DNA of 64,000 bases. Source: Monocercomonoides exilis PA203 (Eukaryota > Protista > Preaxostyla). The position numbers and the translations under genes were made by a program. The first letter of the stretch is position 1, and each line of letters starts with the position of its first letter. The notes under the pieces were generated by a model. The model had not been told where the DNA came from and ran no database searches. It saw only the letters and a program-made list of their open reading frames with translations. The stretch is taken from assembly GCA_001643675.2 (NCBI GenBank), contig LSRY02000030.1:992001-1056000 (forward strand). The letters run 5' to 3'. Shown here in pieces: positions 48,395 through 60,300 of the stretch.

Positions 48395-49900
48395 TTATTT
48401 AATAACAAAAAATGTAGTTATGTTCTCATGTGCCGGAAAAACGTAAAAATTTTTTAGATAATTTCTGTTCCAACAAATAAGTGCATCTTCATATCCATTT
48501 TCTTCCAATTTTTCAAATATTTCACTTTTTATCATCTTACTTATCTTTTCTGCACGTCCATTTATTGAACGCCCTGTCAATCGATCTGAAAGAGCACCAA
48601 AAAAACTTAATTTTAGAATAATTTCCTGATTTCCTTTTGACTCTTGAAGAAACGTCTCCAAAATGATGTCAATGGCTCCACCTTTCGTCAAATCAGCAAC
48701 GCTCACTGCGCCTTTGGATATCATTCTCTCAAAAAGACGAACACAAAAATCGGTTATTTCTTTGTGATTTCCCTTTGAAAGTCTGTAAAGTCTTCCAATG
48801 CTTCCAATTAATTCGGCCGTTTCCTTTCCGCACGTAGTTGAGAAACAATAAAATGTGAAAAAGTTAAAAAGCCAAATCTTTAAAATCAGCAGATCTTTTG
48901 GCTCTTTTTGACTCTCGCCGACTCTTTTCCAATCCACGCATTTCGTCAGATATTCGAGTTCACTGGTCGATTCTGATTCGAAATTTAGCCTATTCAATAA
49001 AATGCTTTCAAGGTTTTCACTTTTCTCTGTGTCAAAATTTACACCAGAAGTAATTTCATGCATTTTTGACGTTTCACACAACATTCTATTGATAAGAAAC
49101 CTCCAAGCGAACATATAAGCAAGATGTGACAGATTTTGATGCTCTTGATGATATTGGATTATCTCTGTGATTTCGTTTAGATACAGTTCTTTTCCAATGT
49201 TCTAATTTAATTTTTATTAGATTAATTTCATCCATAAAAAAAAACTCAAAAGGAACATACATCACGCTCACTAATATTCCCCAAGCTCAATAAGGCCATG
49301 TCCACCTCTTTCTGTACTTCTTCGCTTTGCTCTTTGAGCATAGCTGCTTTAAGAAGGCAAGGAACGCATATTTGGAGTAAATCATTTGGAATCTGAAACA
49401 AATCAGAAGAATAATTTGTAAGATAGCATTCGCAAAGATCAACCAGCAGCTTTGTGTTCCCTTCTCTTTCTTTAAATTTTTCATCGTATATGGATTTCTC
49501 AATTCTTTTACTCAATAAAGGAAGTTCATAACTTTGACTTGTTTCATTTTTCAGCACTTTCCAATATCCAATTTTTTTCAATAATAAAACGTAATCATTG
49601 AACGGCATTCTCTTCTCATTCGCCATTTTGCTAAAGCAATTATGAATGTCTTTTCTCCAAATATAATTTTGTTTATTTTCATCTGCCTCACTCAAATATT
49701 GGCTCAAATCTTCCATTTTTAATTTTTTCTCACAATCCGAAAGATATTCCTGTTGAAGAAACGTTTCTGCAAACAAAGAAAAAATACTTATTCAATGTAT
49801 TACTCCTTGAAACAGATATTTCTTACCAACCCGATAAAGTTTCATTTGAAGAAACCGACTTTGCTTCCTCCCCAATAAAGAATATATTTTCGGTTTGCAT
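48395..49900 (-). CDS. Second, apparently intact member of the lineage-specific helical-repeat family; 3 exons
   Basis: Intron 49260-49202 joins ...LGNISERD|NIGKELYLNEITEIIQYHQEH..., with the same intron position and motifs (KLLVDLCECY, CVPCLLK, QKEVDMALL) as 26209-27689. Exon 1 (ATG 49900, intron 49830-49767) is tentative. Confidence 0.7.
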
Positions 49901-50289
49901 GTCTTCCTCGGTAAATGCTGTTTTTTGTATTTGCAAAAACATAAACATTAAAAAACCACTCTTTAAAAAAAAAAGAAAAGAAAAAAACTCTTTTCACACT
50001 TTGTTTTCTGATAATATTTGAATGGTTCATCAAGTGATCTTCAAAAAATAGAATCTCTTTTCAATCAACCAACAGAGCTCATTGTTTCGTTGTTTGTTTG
50101 TAAGAGAATCAAAGTTAATAAAATTACTCAAACTATGTTTTTCAAAATTGTGTTGTTTTTTCAACAATATTAGCGAAAAATAATTGCAATGATTCAATTT
50201 CGTATATGTTTATATTTATTTGTTTTCAAGTCTGTTGTAAATGACAATTAATCCCTTAACAATTGTTTATCATCTTTGAAGAAAGGGGC

Positions 50290-51264
50290 ATGATCAAAAA
50301 TTTTTCCATGATAACTTTCACATTGTTGTGTCTGTTTTATTCAATTTTTTCCGAAAGAGCTTTTGAGGAAATTGAAAGTAATGGGTATATTATATACACA
50401 GTGAAATCTGGGGATACCCTTTCAGGAATTGCCAGCAGATATGGAACAACAGTGCAAGCGATCTGTTCGTTGAATGGTATTAAAAATGCAAATCTAATTT
50501 ATGTTGGACAACAGTTGAAAATCCCAACCAATGATCCAGCTCCGAGCGATTATATTTGGTACACTGTTCAATCAGGAGATACTTTATCTGGAATTGCAAG
50601 TCGTTATGGAACTACTGTTCAAGCAATTTGCTCATTAAACGGGATCTCAAATCCTAATCTGATCTATGTTGGACAGAGATTGAAAATCCCAGGGAAGAAC
50701 CCATCACCTCCGTCGCCACCATCTCCACCATCACCTCCATCACCAGGAGGAGAAGTTGCAACAACTGCACAAATGAGAAGACTGGGATGGAATCCTTCTC
50801 AAAGTGTTATGAATGATTTAAATAGCTGCTTGAGAAGATTTGGAATAACTACATCTCTTAGAATTAGACATTTTCTGTCTCAGTGCTCACATGAATCAGC
50901 ATGCGGGGTCTACACAAAAGAATTGGCGTCTGGTTGGGCATATGAAGGAAGAACAGATCTTGGAAATACACAGCCAGGAGATGGTCCAAAGTACAAGGGA
51001 GGTGGGTATATTCAATTGACAGGAAGAGCAAACTATCAGGCATTTGCAAATTATATTGGCGATCAAGGAGTAATGAATGGAGTTGATTACGTTGCCGTTC
51101 ATTATCCATGGACTTCTGCTGGATTTTGGTGGTACAGAAATGGCATGAACGCGCTTTGCGATTCTAATCCATCGGTTGAAGCTGTTACTCGAAGAGTGAA
51201 TGGAGGGTACAACGGACTCGAATCGAGAAGAATGTATTATAATAGAGCCTGCAACATTTGGTAA
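50290..51264 (+). CDS. Secreted 2xLysM + Pro-rich linker + GH19 (chitinase/endolysin-like) hydrolase
   Basis: Signal-like N-terminus; two LysM repeats ([40 protein letters not shown]); (PSP)n linker; GH19 motifs [50 protein letters not shown] and [11 protein letters not shown]. No introns. Confidence 0.92.
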   Translation: MIKNFSMITFTLLCLFYSIFSERAFEEIESNGYIIYTVKSGDTLSGIASRYGTTVQAICSLNGIKNANLIYVGQQLKIPTNDPAPSDYIWYTVQSGDTLSGIASRYGTTVQAICSLNGISNPNLIYVGQRLKIPGKNPSPPSPPSPPSPPSPGGEVATTAQMRRLGWNPSQSVMNDLNSCLRRFGITTSLRIRHFLSQCSHESACGVYTKELASGWAYEGRTDLGNTQPGDGPKYKGGGYIQLTGRANYQAFANYIGDQGVMNGVDYVAVHYPWTSAGFWWYRNGMNALCDSNPSVEAVTRRVNGGYNGLESRRMYYNRACNIW

Positions 51265-52275
51265 GTTGTCATTGGAAACTGTATAAAGAATATAAAGATA
51301 TTGGAAAAGAAAATTTGGTCATTTTTGGAAGAAGGTGCACAAATGATGTGAATGAAAATAACAATCTGTTATTTGCTTTCATGTTATTTTGAATTTGTTT
51401 TATTTCTTTTAATACAGTTTCAAAAAAATGTTGAATTTTTATTCATTGCTTTATTGAAAGAAGGACATTTGTTCCTTATTTTAATAACAGCATTTAGAGT
51501 TCATGTTTTATTTAATTTTTAATTGTATTGATGTTTATTTTGATGTTTATATTGATATGAGATGCTTTAATTTTATTAACGAGATAACATACGGAAAGTT
51601 TAAAGAATTATATTTATTTCAAAGGTTTTGTCTTAATTTGCACATATGGTTATTTATGATAAAGATAACAAATAAGTGATATGAAATAATGCAATTAAAT
51701 AAGATATTCAATGATAGTATGGGCGAAATAAAACCAAACAGTTAAAAAAAGTCTTATTGAAGAGCATCAAACTTAAAATCGCACAACTTAATGAGTGAAA
51801 GTTTGTTTGTTATATTGAATAATAGTTACGCAATCAAAATATTTGTGATGAAAAATCACCGTTTTATCGAAGAATCTTTGACCAAACTGTGAAGAAAAAA
51901 AAATTCCATTTTATTTTAGGGAGATAATTAACGTAAACGCCTTGTAAACAAGTGAAAAAGGATTTTTTAAAAATTTATATTATCAAATGGGTTATGAATT
52001 TTGAAATTCCATTTATTCGGAGCATGCATCACTTCCAAGTTTTTTGATATTGAGAAGATAATTTCGTTGACTCGGGTGATTGGTGAACGAATGACATTCT
52101 TTTTTCGTGAAATTTTCGATGATTAAATTGGTAATGATTTTTGAAATCAAAATTTTTTTCGGGGCGTTGATTTTATAAAAGTTCATTTTCATTGAAAACC
52201 AATTTATCATTGAAATGAGAAATTCAATTCAATTGTTTCAAAAGCAAATATTTGATATGAATAAAATAACAAAAT

Positions 52276-52276
<1 letters not shown>

Positions 52277-52311
<35 letters not shown>
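52277..52311. repeat. Poly(T) tract (35 nt)
   Basis: Direct reading. Confidence 0.9.
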
Positions 52312-52312
<1 letters not shown>

Positions 52313-53499
52313 TTAACATTTTTCTTTGTTCATTTTTGAATATGAAAAATAAAACAAAGAAATCGAAACATTTTTTAACGAATAAAAAGTTCCAAAAATA
52401 ATCACCCATATGGTTTCAATAAATCAGAAAGAGCGTGATTGTTTTTAAAAAAAATGAGAAAGAAGAGAGAAGATACAAAATTCGTCATACTTCATTGGAT
52501 AAACTTGCAAACAAAACTTTTTTGATTGTTCTTTAAGGAATATGTGATATTCATTTGATCTGAAATAAAAATAAAGCTGAATGAAGTTCAAAAACTGTTT
52601 TTGAAATTGCTGAAAAGCAATTTTTTAAAATTACAAAAATGAGATGAAAAATGATTTGAATAACAAGTTTTTTTCTTTTTTAATTATTTTCAAATTCCGT
52701 CAAAGCCGGACACAATTACATCGAATATTATCAATATTGATTTTTATAACATTTTTCAATACACCAACATTTTTTTCACCTCTTTTTAATTCATTTTCCA
52801 TTTCATGCAATCTCTGGACAAAACATTTATAATCACATTTTGTTTTATCACGGGTTAATTAATAATCGAAAAATCATTGAAAAAAACAATTTTTTGATCA
52901 AAAATTTCGTTTAATTGATATATCAAAATTAAAAATCAAATAGTCAAAATAACATTGTTATTCTCATAAAAAAATTATTGGGCAAAATCTACTGTGTATT
53001 TTTTGTTAAATTTTCAAAAATGGAAAATTTTGACTCAATATTTTTATAATTTATTTATTCTTTTTTATTTTTTTGTGAAGACATTTTGCGTATAAGCACA
53101 AACAAATATAGTCACAAAAAGTTGTGCAAAAACCGATATTATTGTGTTCAATTTTAGCAGAATAAGAAATATGGATGTTTATCGAACTTTAGACTTTAAT
53201 TATTCTTTGGTGCAAAAGATATTCTTATTGAATAATCGCAAATGTTCAATAATCAGGTTCACTGAAATAAGGATCATTTTCAAGAATTCATTCAATTGAC
53301 TCTTTGAATATGATCAGAATGAAAACATTGCAAATCGAAAATAATTATCTGAGTGCGATATAAGACAAATTTGTTGATTGAATTCATGAAAATTTTTTTA
53401 TTTTCAATGAACCATCGAATTTGTTATCAGCGAATTTTTCATAAGAATCACCCATTTCAATCACTGATAATAGTTAATTTTTCAATTTTTATTTTTTCG

Positions 53500-53561
<62 letters not shown>
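53500..53561. repeat. Poly(A) tract (62 nt)
   Basis: Direct reading. Confidence 0.9.
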
Positions 53562-53562
<1 letters not shown>

Positions 53563-53827
53563 AAATCCGTCAAAGATAACGTTTTTTTCCAAATTTTGGT
53601 TTAATCACGTTATATCGGACAACCCAAATACTTGATTTTTTGCATCCAACCTACAAAAATATGTATTTTATTCATTTAAAAATGGAATAAATAAGTGAAA
53701 AACATTTTCTCAAAAACAAAAAATTCTCGAAAATTTGACATTCTTCGTGTCAATTTCTATTTAGGGTTATTGAAAAACTGACAACGTTCAAAAATGGCTA
53801 GACCAAGACTAATGAAAATTACAATTA

Positions 53828-54066
53828 GGGTGATTCTTTTTGAAATGTCACAAATGTTTAATTTTCAATTATATCAAAATTTTCATATTTTGCTCAAATT
53901 TCTGTTTCAGCTCACAAATCTCCTCAAGAATGTTTGAAATAGCATTTTCAAGAAATAGATTCCATTGTGGTTAAGTTTGATATTTGTTAACAAAATATTT
54001 AGCAAAATATGAAATTTTTAACATATTTGAAAAAAAACATTTGTGACTTTTCAAAAAGAATCACCC
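53828..54066. mobile_element. Small MITE-like element D with GGGTGATT termini
   Basis: GGGTGATTCTTTTTGAAATGTCACAAATGTTT... is mirrored by ...AAACATTTGTGACTTTTCAAAAAGAATCACCC, with imperfect arms of about 80 bp. ATTA flanks both sides. The terminal 8 bp are identical to element B. Confidence 0.8.
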
Positions 54067-55699
54067 ATTATAAAAAAAATTTGTGAATTTATCAATGAAA
54101 AAGGTTCTCTATAACAGTTTCGGAACAGTTTAATAAACCAATATATTTTTTAAGGATATCATTTCACAATAAATTTTCGTTTCAATGGTGGTTTGAGGGA
54201 AAGGGTTTGCGTTCGAATCAATTTCATTGGATTTTGTGAAGTTTTAGGGTAAGGGTAAAAAAAAAAAAATTATTCAAAATAGAATATTAAGTCGTGAAGC
54301 AATGGTCGTGTTGTTAGGATTTTTCTTCCATTTATGGAATGGTTTATGGTTCTTATTCTTCCAAACACTTCCTTTATTTTCATTTTTTCTACATATCATT
54401 CGCTTAATTATTCCTTTTTGTGATATCTTGGGATTATCTGATGGTGCAAATTCATCAGAATAGAGGATGAAACATAACTGTTGACAATTTTTTCGATTTA
54501 TCAACTTTCAACTTTGTCCCTCAATCAAAATATTTAAAAAAAATTTAAAACCAATTCTGATAAACTTCTTCACATTTTTAACATCGAAGATGTAATAATA
54601 TTTGATTAATAAACATTTCTATTAACATCAAAATCAATTTCTCGATGCCCGATATAATGCGAATTTGCCCAAATTTCAATATTAAACTAGGACTTATAAA
54701 TTATCTTTAGTGCTTTTTCAAAATTACTATCATTTTGAAAAAACCATTTTTTTCTCTCTAACATATAAAAAATTGATCTATCATGAACTGAACACTGAAA
54801 CATTTTGCACATTGTTTTTATCCATTTTTTTTATTTTTTACTGATTCTGCTTGTTTCATCAAAATTATGAAAACTGTATGAAATGAAATACTATTAAGTT
54901 GCGCAACGGAATACAAATTCCAAGTCATCCATTTGTCAAAAAACTATCTGATCATCATTGAAATGAACTGATTATTTTAAAAAGAACAGATATGTCACGG
55001 CTGTGATATAAAGTATATTATCCATTAAAATCTTTGGGATAATGTGGATTCCTTAATCATTTTATGAATAAAAAAATAAGTATTGAAAAAATAAGAAACA
55101 CTGCTTCATTGATAACTGTGAAAATATGACCTTTCAGGCTTTTCTTTTTTTTTCGCAAATCATTTTATCTTTGTTTCACTCTAAACTTGATAAAACTTCC
55201 TCTGATTTCAAAATAGTTCATTTTAATAATCCTGAAAACAGGAGTCATAGAAATAAATAACAAAATTCCTTTTTACCTCACACATATTTCTGAAAATGAA
55301 CGCGTTTTATAAATGATTTTTGTTCACAAAAATTTTGTCAAAAGTTTATAATTATTCTATGAAAAAACTCGAAGTTCTTCGTTTTGTCTCAAACGTCTGT
55401 GTTTTTCAATGTTTATTGATTTCAATCAAATAAGATAATAATTAGAAACTCTCTTTTTCTCAATGAAAAATAAAGGAAAATATTTCGTCATTAAATGACG
55501 AAATTTTTTGCATTATGAATTTTGATCCACACAGTTCTTAAAAGGATTTTTCTCAACTTTAAAATATTTCTTTGTTCAATATAGCGCAACAATGCCAGAA
55601 TTATAATAATGTTATTGTAGGAGAATTTTGTAACAAATCATTAATTTTTTCTTAAATGAAAAAATTTTGTCCCATTTTTGTTTCTTTAATGGTTCAATT

Positions 55700-57000
55700 T
55701 CATAAATTCAAATATCGCTTTATTCAAGATAATAAAAGAATACTTTTTATCGATTCGTAAGAACTTTATTTTTTTTAAAAGAAATCTACAAAAAAACATA
55801 GATAATGATAATGAGTAAGTTGATGTTTGAAGTATCGAAAGTTCCCCCTTTCCCTCTTCTTCTTCATCTTCCTTGCTGCTCAATCAAAATTAAATGACTT
55901 GAATCACCAGTAATCCATAAAATAAACGAACATTAATTTTGCAATAAAATAGAAGAAGAAGCATGCAAAAAATATAAGGTATTTCCCGTTCTGTTGATGA
56001 AATTGAGGAAGAATGTAGAATTAAGTGGCTGATGATGTTAAAGGCATTTTTTGAAGAAATGGTTAAGAAAGAAGAAGAAACACTTCCACAGCAAAAATTT
56101 CTTCCTTTTTCTTTTTCCTTCAAAATACTGTTAAATCAACCAATAAAACGATCGATTTACATTTATAACTTTCTTTCCTCTTTCAGGAGGTGTTGATGAA
56201 TGTTGGCTTATTAAATCTGAAATCAATAAATCCGCTTTGGTGGCTGCTCTCCTTCTTTGAGAAAACATCATCATCTTTGCAATTTGCCTTTCTCCTCTTC
56301 AGATTCTTCCCAAAAAATACCTTCCAATCTGGTTCAGCCCCATTGACTGCTTTTCCTCCACAACATTCCCCTCTTTCCTCTTCCTTTTCTTTGTATTTCC
56401 TCGTGCTTTTCTTTTTTTCTGCCTTTCTATCTTTTCCCCAAAATGGCATCTCCAAAATGAAATCTGCCAGGAACAGAGAAAATGAATTCCATTTCCTTGT
56501 GGCATAGGAACACGGGAGATGCAATCAGATGTGAAATTTCCAATCCAAAACAAAATTGAAAAATAACAAAATTAGATTTTTTATGAAAATATTCAAATAA
56601 AACAAACATTCAAAAGATATTCGTTGCCAATCGCATTCTTTTCTTAAGTGCCTTTGTCCTTTTCAAAGCAATCCATTTCAGTAATTTCAGCCTTTGTCAA
56701 CTTTCCTTTTTTTCTCAAATTGTATCATTTTCTGCCCTGTTTGCAAAAGAAATCAAATAAATGAATAAAACACCCAATGAAATATTTCATATAAATCAAT
56801 TCCACACCTTCCATCTCATTGGACGAGAATGTTCCAATTCAGCCATCCAACGCTTCAGCAGATAACAATCAAGAAATATCAATTCCAAAATGCCTCTGAT
56901 AACTTCAAACGCAAAAATCACACAAATACCAGAAAACAAAATATAAAAGATATTTTCAAAAAACTTTCACTGCACAAACCTCATCTGTTCCTTGGATAAA
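55700..57000 (-). pseudogene. Possible degenerate gene remnant
   Basis: Short K/E-rich minus-strand frames (e.g. 56183-56524) broken by stops. No domain recognised. Confidence 0.25.
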
Positions 57001-57368
57001 TGAATTCCAAAAAGAAAATCGCTTCTCCAACTTTCCCTTCACGTGAAAAATGAAAAATTCGCTCAGAGACTGAAAAACAAATGTAATGACAAGCAGATTG
57101 AGTTTTAATAGTTTTTCTGTCTGTATCTATGAAAATATCAAAACATAAACATTTTCAGTCAATCATTTTGTATTATTCAAATGATCAAAGGAAAATGAAT
57201 ATTTCATTCATTCAAAATATTTCAAAATGAATAAAATAATTTATCTTGTTTTGCAATTGAATAGGAAAAGTTTTCAATTTTTTCATTAATTTTTATTATT
57301 GCACCCATTCTAAAAAAGAAGAAATCTGGAAAAAAAGAAAAGAGTCTTTTTTGTGTGGATAAGTTCCA

Positions 57369-60300
57369 ATGACATCAGGAATATTTTGTTTTGTTTGCAT
57401 AATATGTATGCAATGCCTGCGCAATGGTGCCACAAATGATGAAGCAAATCTGGTGGAGAATTCAATGATTGAAAGAAATACAGATTATTTGGGAAACTCT
57501 TTGTTTGATCTCCTTCCAAATGATAAGAATGGAGATAAAAACAAGTTAGAAATGATTGTTGAAGGGAATGAAGGTGGAATGGAAGAAAATGAAGAAAAAG
57601 AAAAATCAACAAAGAAATATACGAATATGAAAAAAGAAAGAGACAGCCGAATTAGGAGAGAGAATTCAATCAAGACTTTGAATAATGAACATTTCCATTA
57701 TGAAGGAGGAATGAGGGGAATTGAAAGAAATTTTGAAGAAAGTGAGGTTGAAGGAAGTTTAGTTCTTATTAATACTTCAGTGAAGCTCAAATCATTGGGG
57801 CTGATTCAACATGATGAGACAAATATTGTTAAAGTTGGGGATGGAAGTTCTGTTGAATTGGATGATTGTGGTATTTTTATTTTGAGTGAAATGTCTCCAT
57901 TTTGCCTGACTGGAGGTTGTGGGGTTTTCAAGAATATTTCACTCAGTTCATCTTCAACTGTGTTTTTGGAGACATTTCCATCTCTCTTCTCTTCAAAAGT
58001 TTCGAAAGAGAAGTTTTCAGAAAAATGCTTTGTTTCTGTTTGTTCATCTCATTTCTCCTCTTTTTGTGTCTCATCAGCCCCATTCCTATCATCCACTTCT
58101 ATTCTCCTTATATCCCTTTCTCAACTGACATTTTTCAACATGTCAACAGCAAATGATGCATGTTCATCTCCAACCATAACATCAACCCAAACCACATGTT
58201 TTGTGTGCAGTTGCTCCTTTTCATCAGTCTGTGATGCATATGATGGCGGGATTGTTCCCTCCCTCAATTACCCCTTGGCTTCATTGTCTGCCTCAAACAC
58301 CTCATTTGTTGGGTGTTGTCGAACAAGGAATGTTGAATGCACTGGAACTACAGATGGAAAGTTGACTCCAGGGAGACAGAATACAACGGATAATGGAGCA
58401 AATATATTCACTTGGTGTGAATGGAACGGATCGAAGGCTGCTGGAAACAAAGAAGATTACACAGATGATGCTTCAAATGGTGGAGCAATTTGCATGTTCA
58501 ATAAGGGAAATGGAGAACTTTCTATATCTCATTGCGCATTCAATGGATGCACGGCATATGCACATGGAGGCGGAGTCATGTGCCATAACATTAAATCTGT
58601 CACAGTAATAAACAATTCTTTCAATTCTTGCATTGCTCAAAGAAAATATGGAGGAGGTATTTATGCCGTATTAATTTCAACATGTGTTCGGATAAGTGGT
58701 TGCAAATTCCAGGATTGCAAAGCTTATAGCCATGGAGGAGGAATTTATCTCAATAATTTTCAGGTTTCTGGATCAGGATGTATTGTGGAAGAAAAGTGGA
58801 TGGAAGAGAATGAATATATGTTTGATTGCAATTTTGTATCATGTTCAGTTGTAAATATTGTTGGAGGGGGATTGTATTGCGTTAATATTCCTACCAAACA
58901 GTCTGTGATGAGGAGCATTCAATTCATTTCATGTTCTGCACGACAAGAGGCAGGAGGATTGTGTTTGAATCCAAGTCGAGAAACATTACCAAAAAATGGA
59001 AGTTATTGTTTATTTTTATTATTTCACGGATGCACATGCGTTGATGCAACTTATCCACTTGGGCATGATGCGGAATTTGCAGATTATTTCAGTCTTTATT
59101 TGGATACAGGAAATCCGTTCTTCGAGTGTTTCACCACAAACACTGATAACAAGAGAATATGCTTTGCAAGATATCTTTCAGGTTCTTGGGTGTATGATCA
59201 AACAATAAAAAAGGATTGGCTGAAAGACAAAACACAATATGTCTCAGTGAATGGGAAAGATGAATATGAGCTGTGTGGGGCAAATACAACATATCCATGC
59301 CTAACAGTGAAGAAGGCGTTTGAGATGTGTGAAATACTATTGAGCCTTTCAGTCACTTTGATGGAAGGGAATCACACAAGCGAGGCAACAACGATTGCGA
59401 TTGGTGAAAAGAAGGTTTCAGTCATTGGGAAAGGCAAAGAGAAGAGTTCGATTGAAACAAAATCTCTTTCATCGACTGAAGCGCTGTTCAGTGTGTCAAC
59501 AGGTCACCTTGATTTATTGCACATGAAGATTGATTGTAACTCAAATGCAAATCCTTCTTCGCCGAGTGTGGTTGTGGCGTCTGATGGGAGTGGGTCACTC
59601 TCATTGGAGGATGTTGTGATCACAACGAGTAATATTGGAGAATATGTGATATCATCATCAGTGTTTGTGGTGCCGCTGTTACAGCTGTCGATGGTTGGTG
59701 TGGAGATCAAGAATATGAATGTCTCAAAATCATTGTTCTCTGAACCTGTTTTTTCTTCTTCTTCTTCTTCCTCATCTGCCCTGTTATTGGCAGCCACTTC
59801 ATCTGGAGAGAGCACGCTGGCGAACTTAACAGTGAGGAATGTGAAGTTGACAGAAGGAGATGGGGTGGTTGTGGCAAAGAGTGTGGCAGAAGGGGATACA
59901 TTTGCTGTTCAGAATGTGACAGTCGAGGATTGTGAGTGCGAGAATGGCAGTGGAGGAGGAATCAAGGTTGATTTATTATCACCTTCAAGCAAGCTTCATG
60001 TTGAATTATCAACAACAATGAACAGATGCAAAAGTGTCAAATATGGAGGAGGGATGATGCTGTATCTGGCTGACAACTCGATTGACTTCTCGATTGTGTC
60101 AGTTGACTTTTCAGGGTGTTCTGCTTCAGTGGGAGGGAATTATGTGTTTGTGAATGGGAGCAATTCGGTGAGTTGGGGAATAACAACAGAAAAGCTGAAT
60201 GTCCAACATGACGATTCAAAATACAATGAGCTGGCGGGATATGATCGGAGTGATTCAACAATGGGGCTGTTCCCACTGAATGTGTTTTTGGATTCATATC

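Noticed and set aside
50281-50292. Shine-Dalgarno-like GAAAGGGG before the LysM-GH19 ATG
   Set aside because: The spacing is 1 nt to the first ATG and about 19 nt to the second, and the context is eukaryotic. It is not evidence of a bacterial contig.
55482-55504. Perfect small hairpin atttcgtcat-taa-atgacgaaat
   Set aside because: It is isolated, with no CTRR end or other element features to support a Helitron or terminator call.
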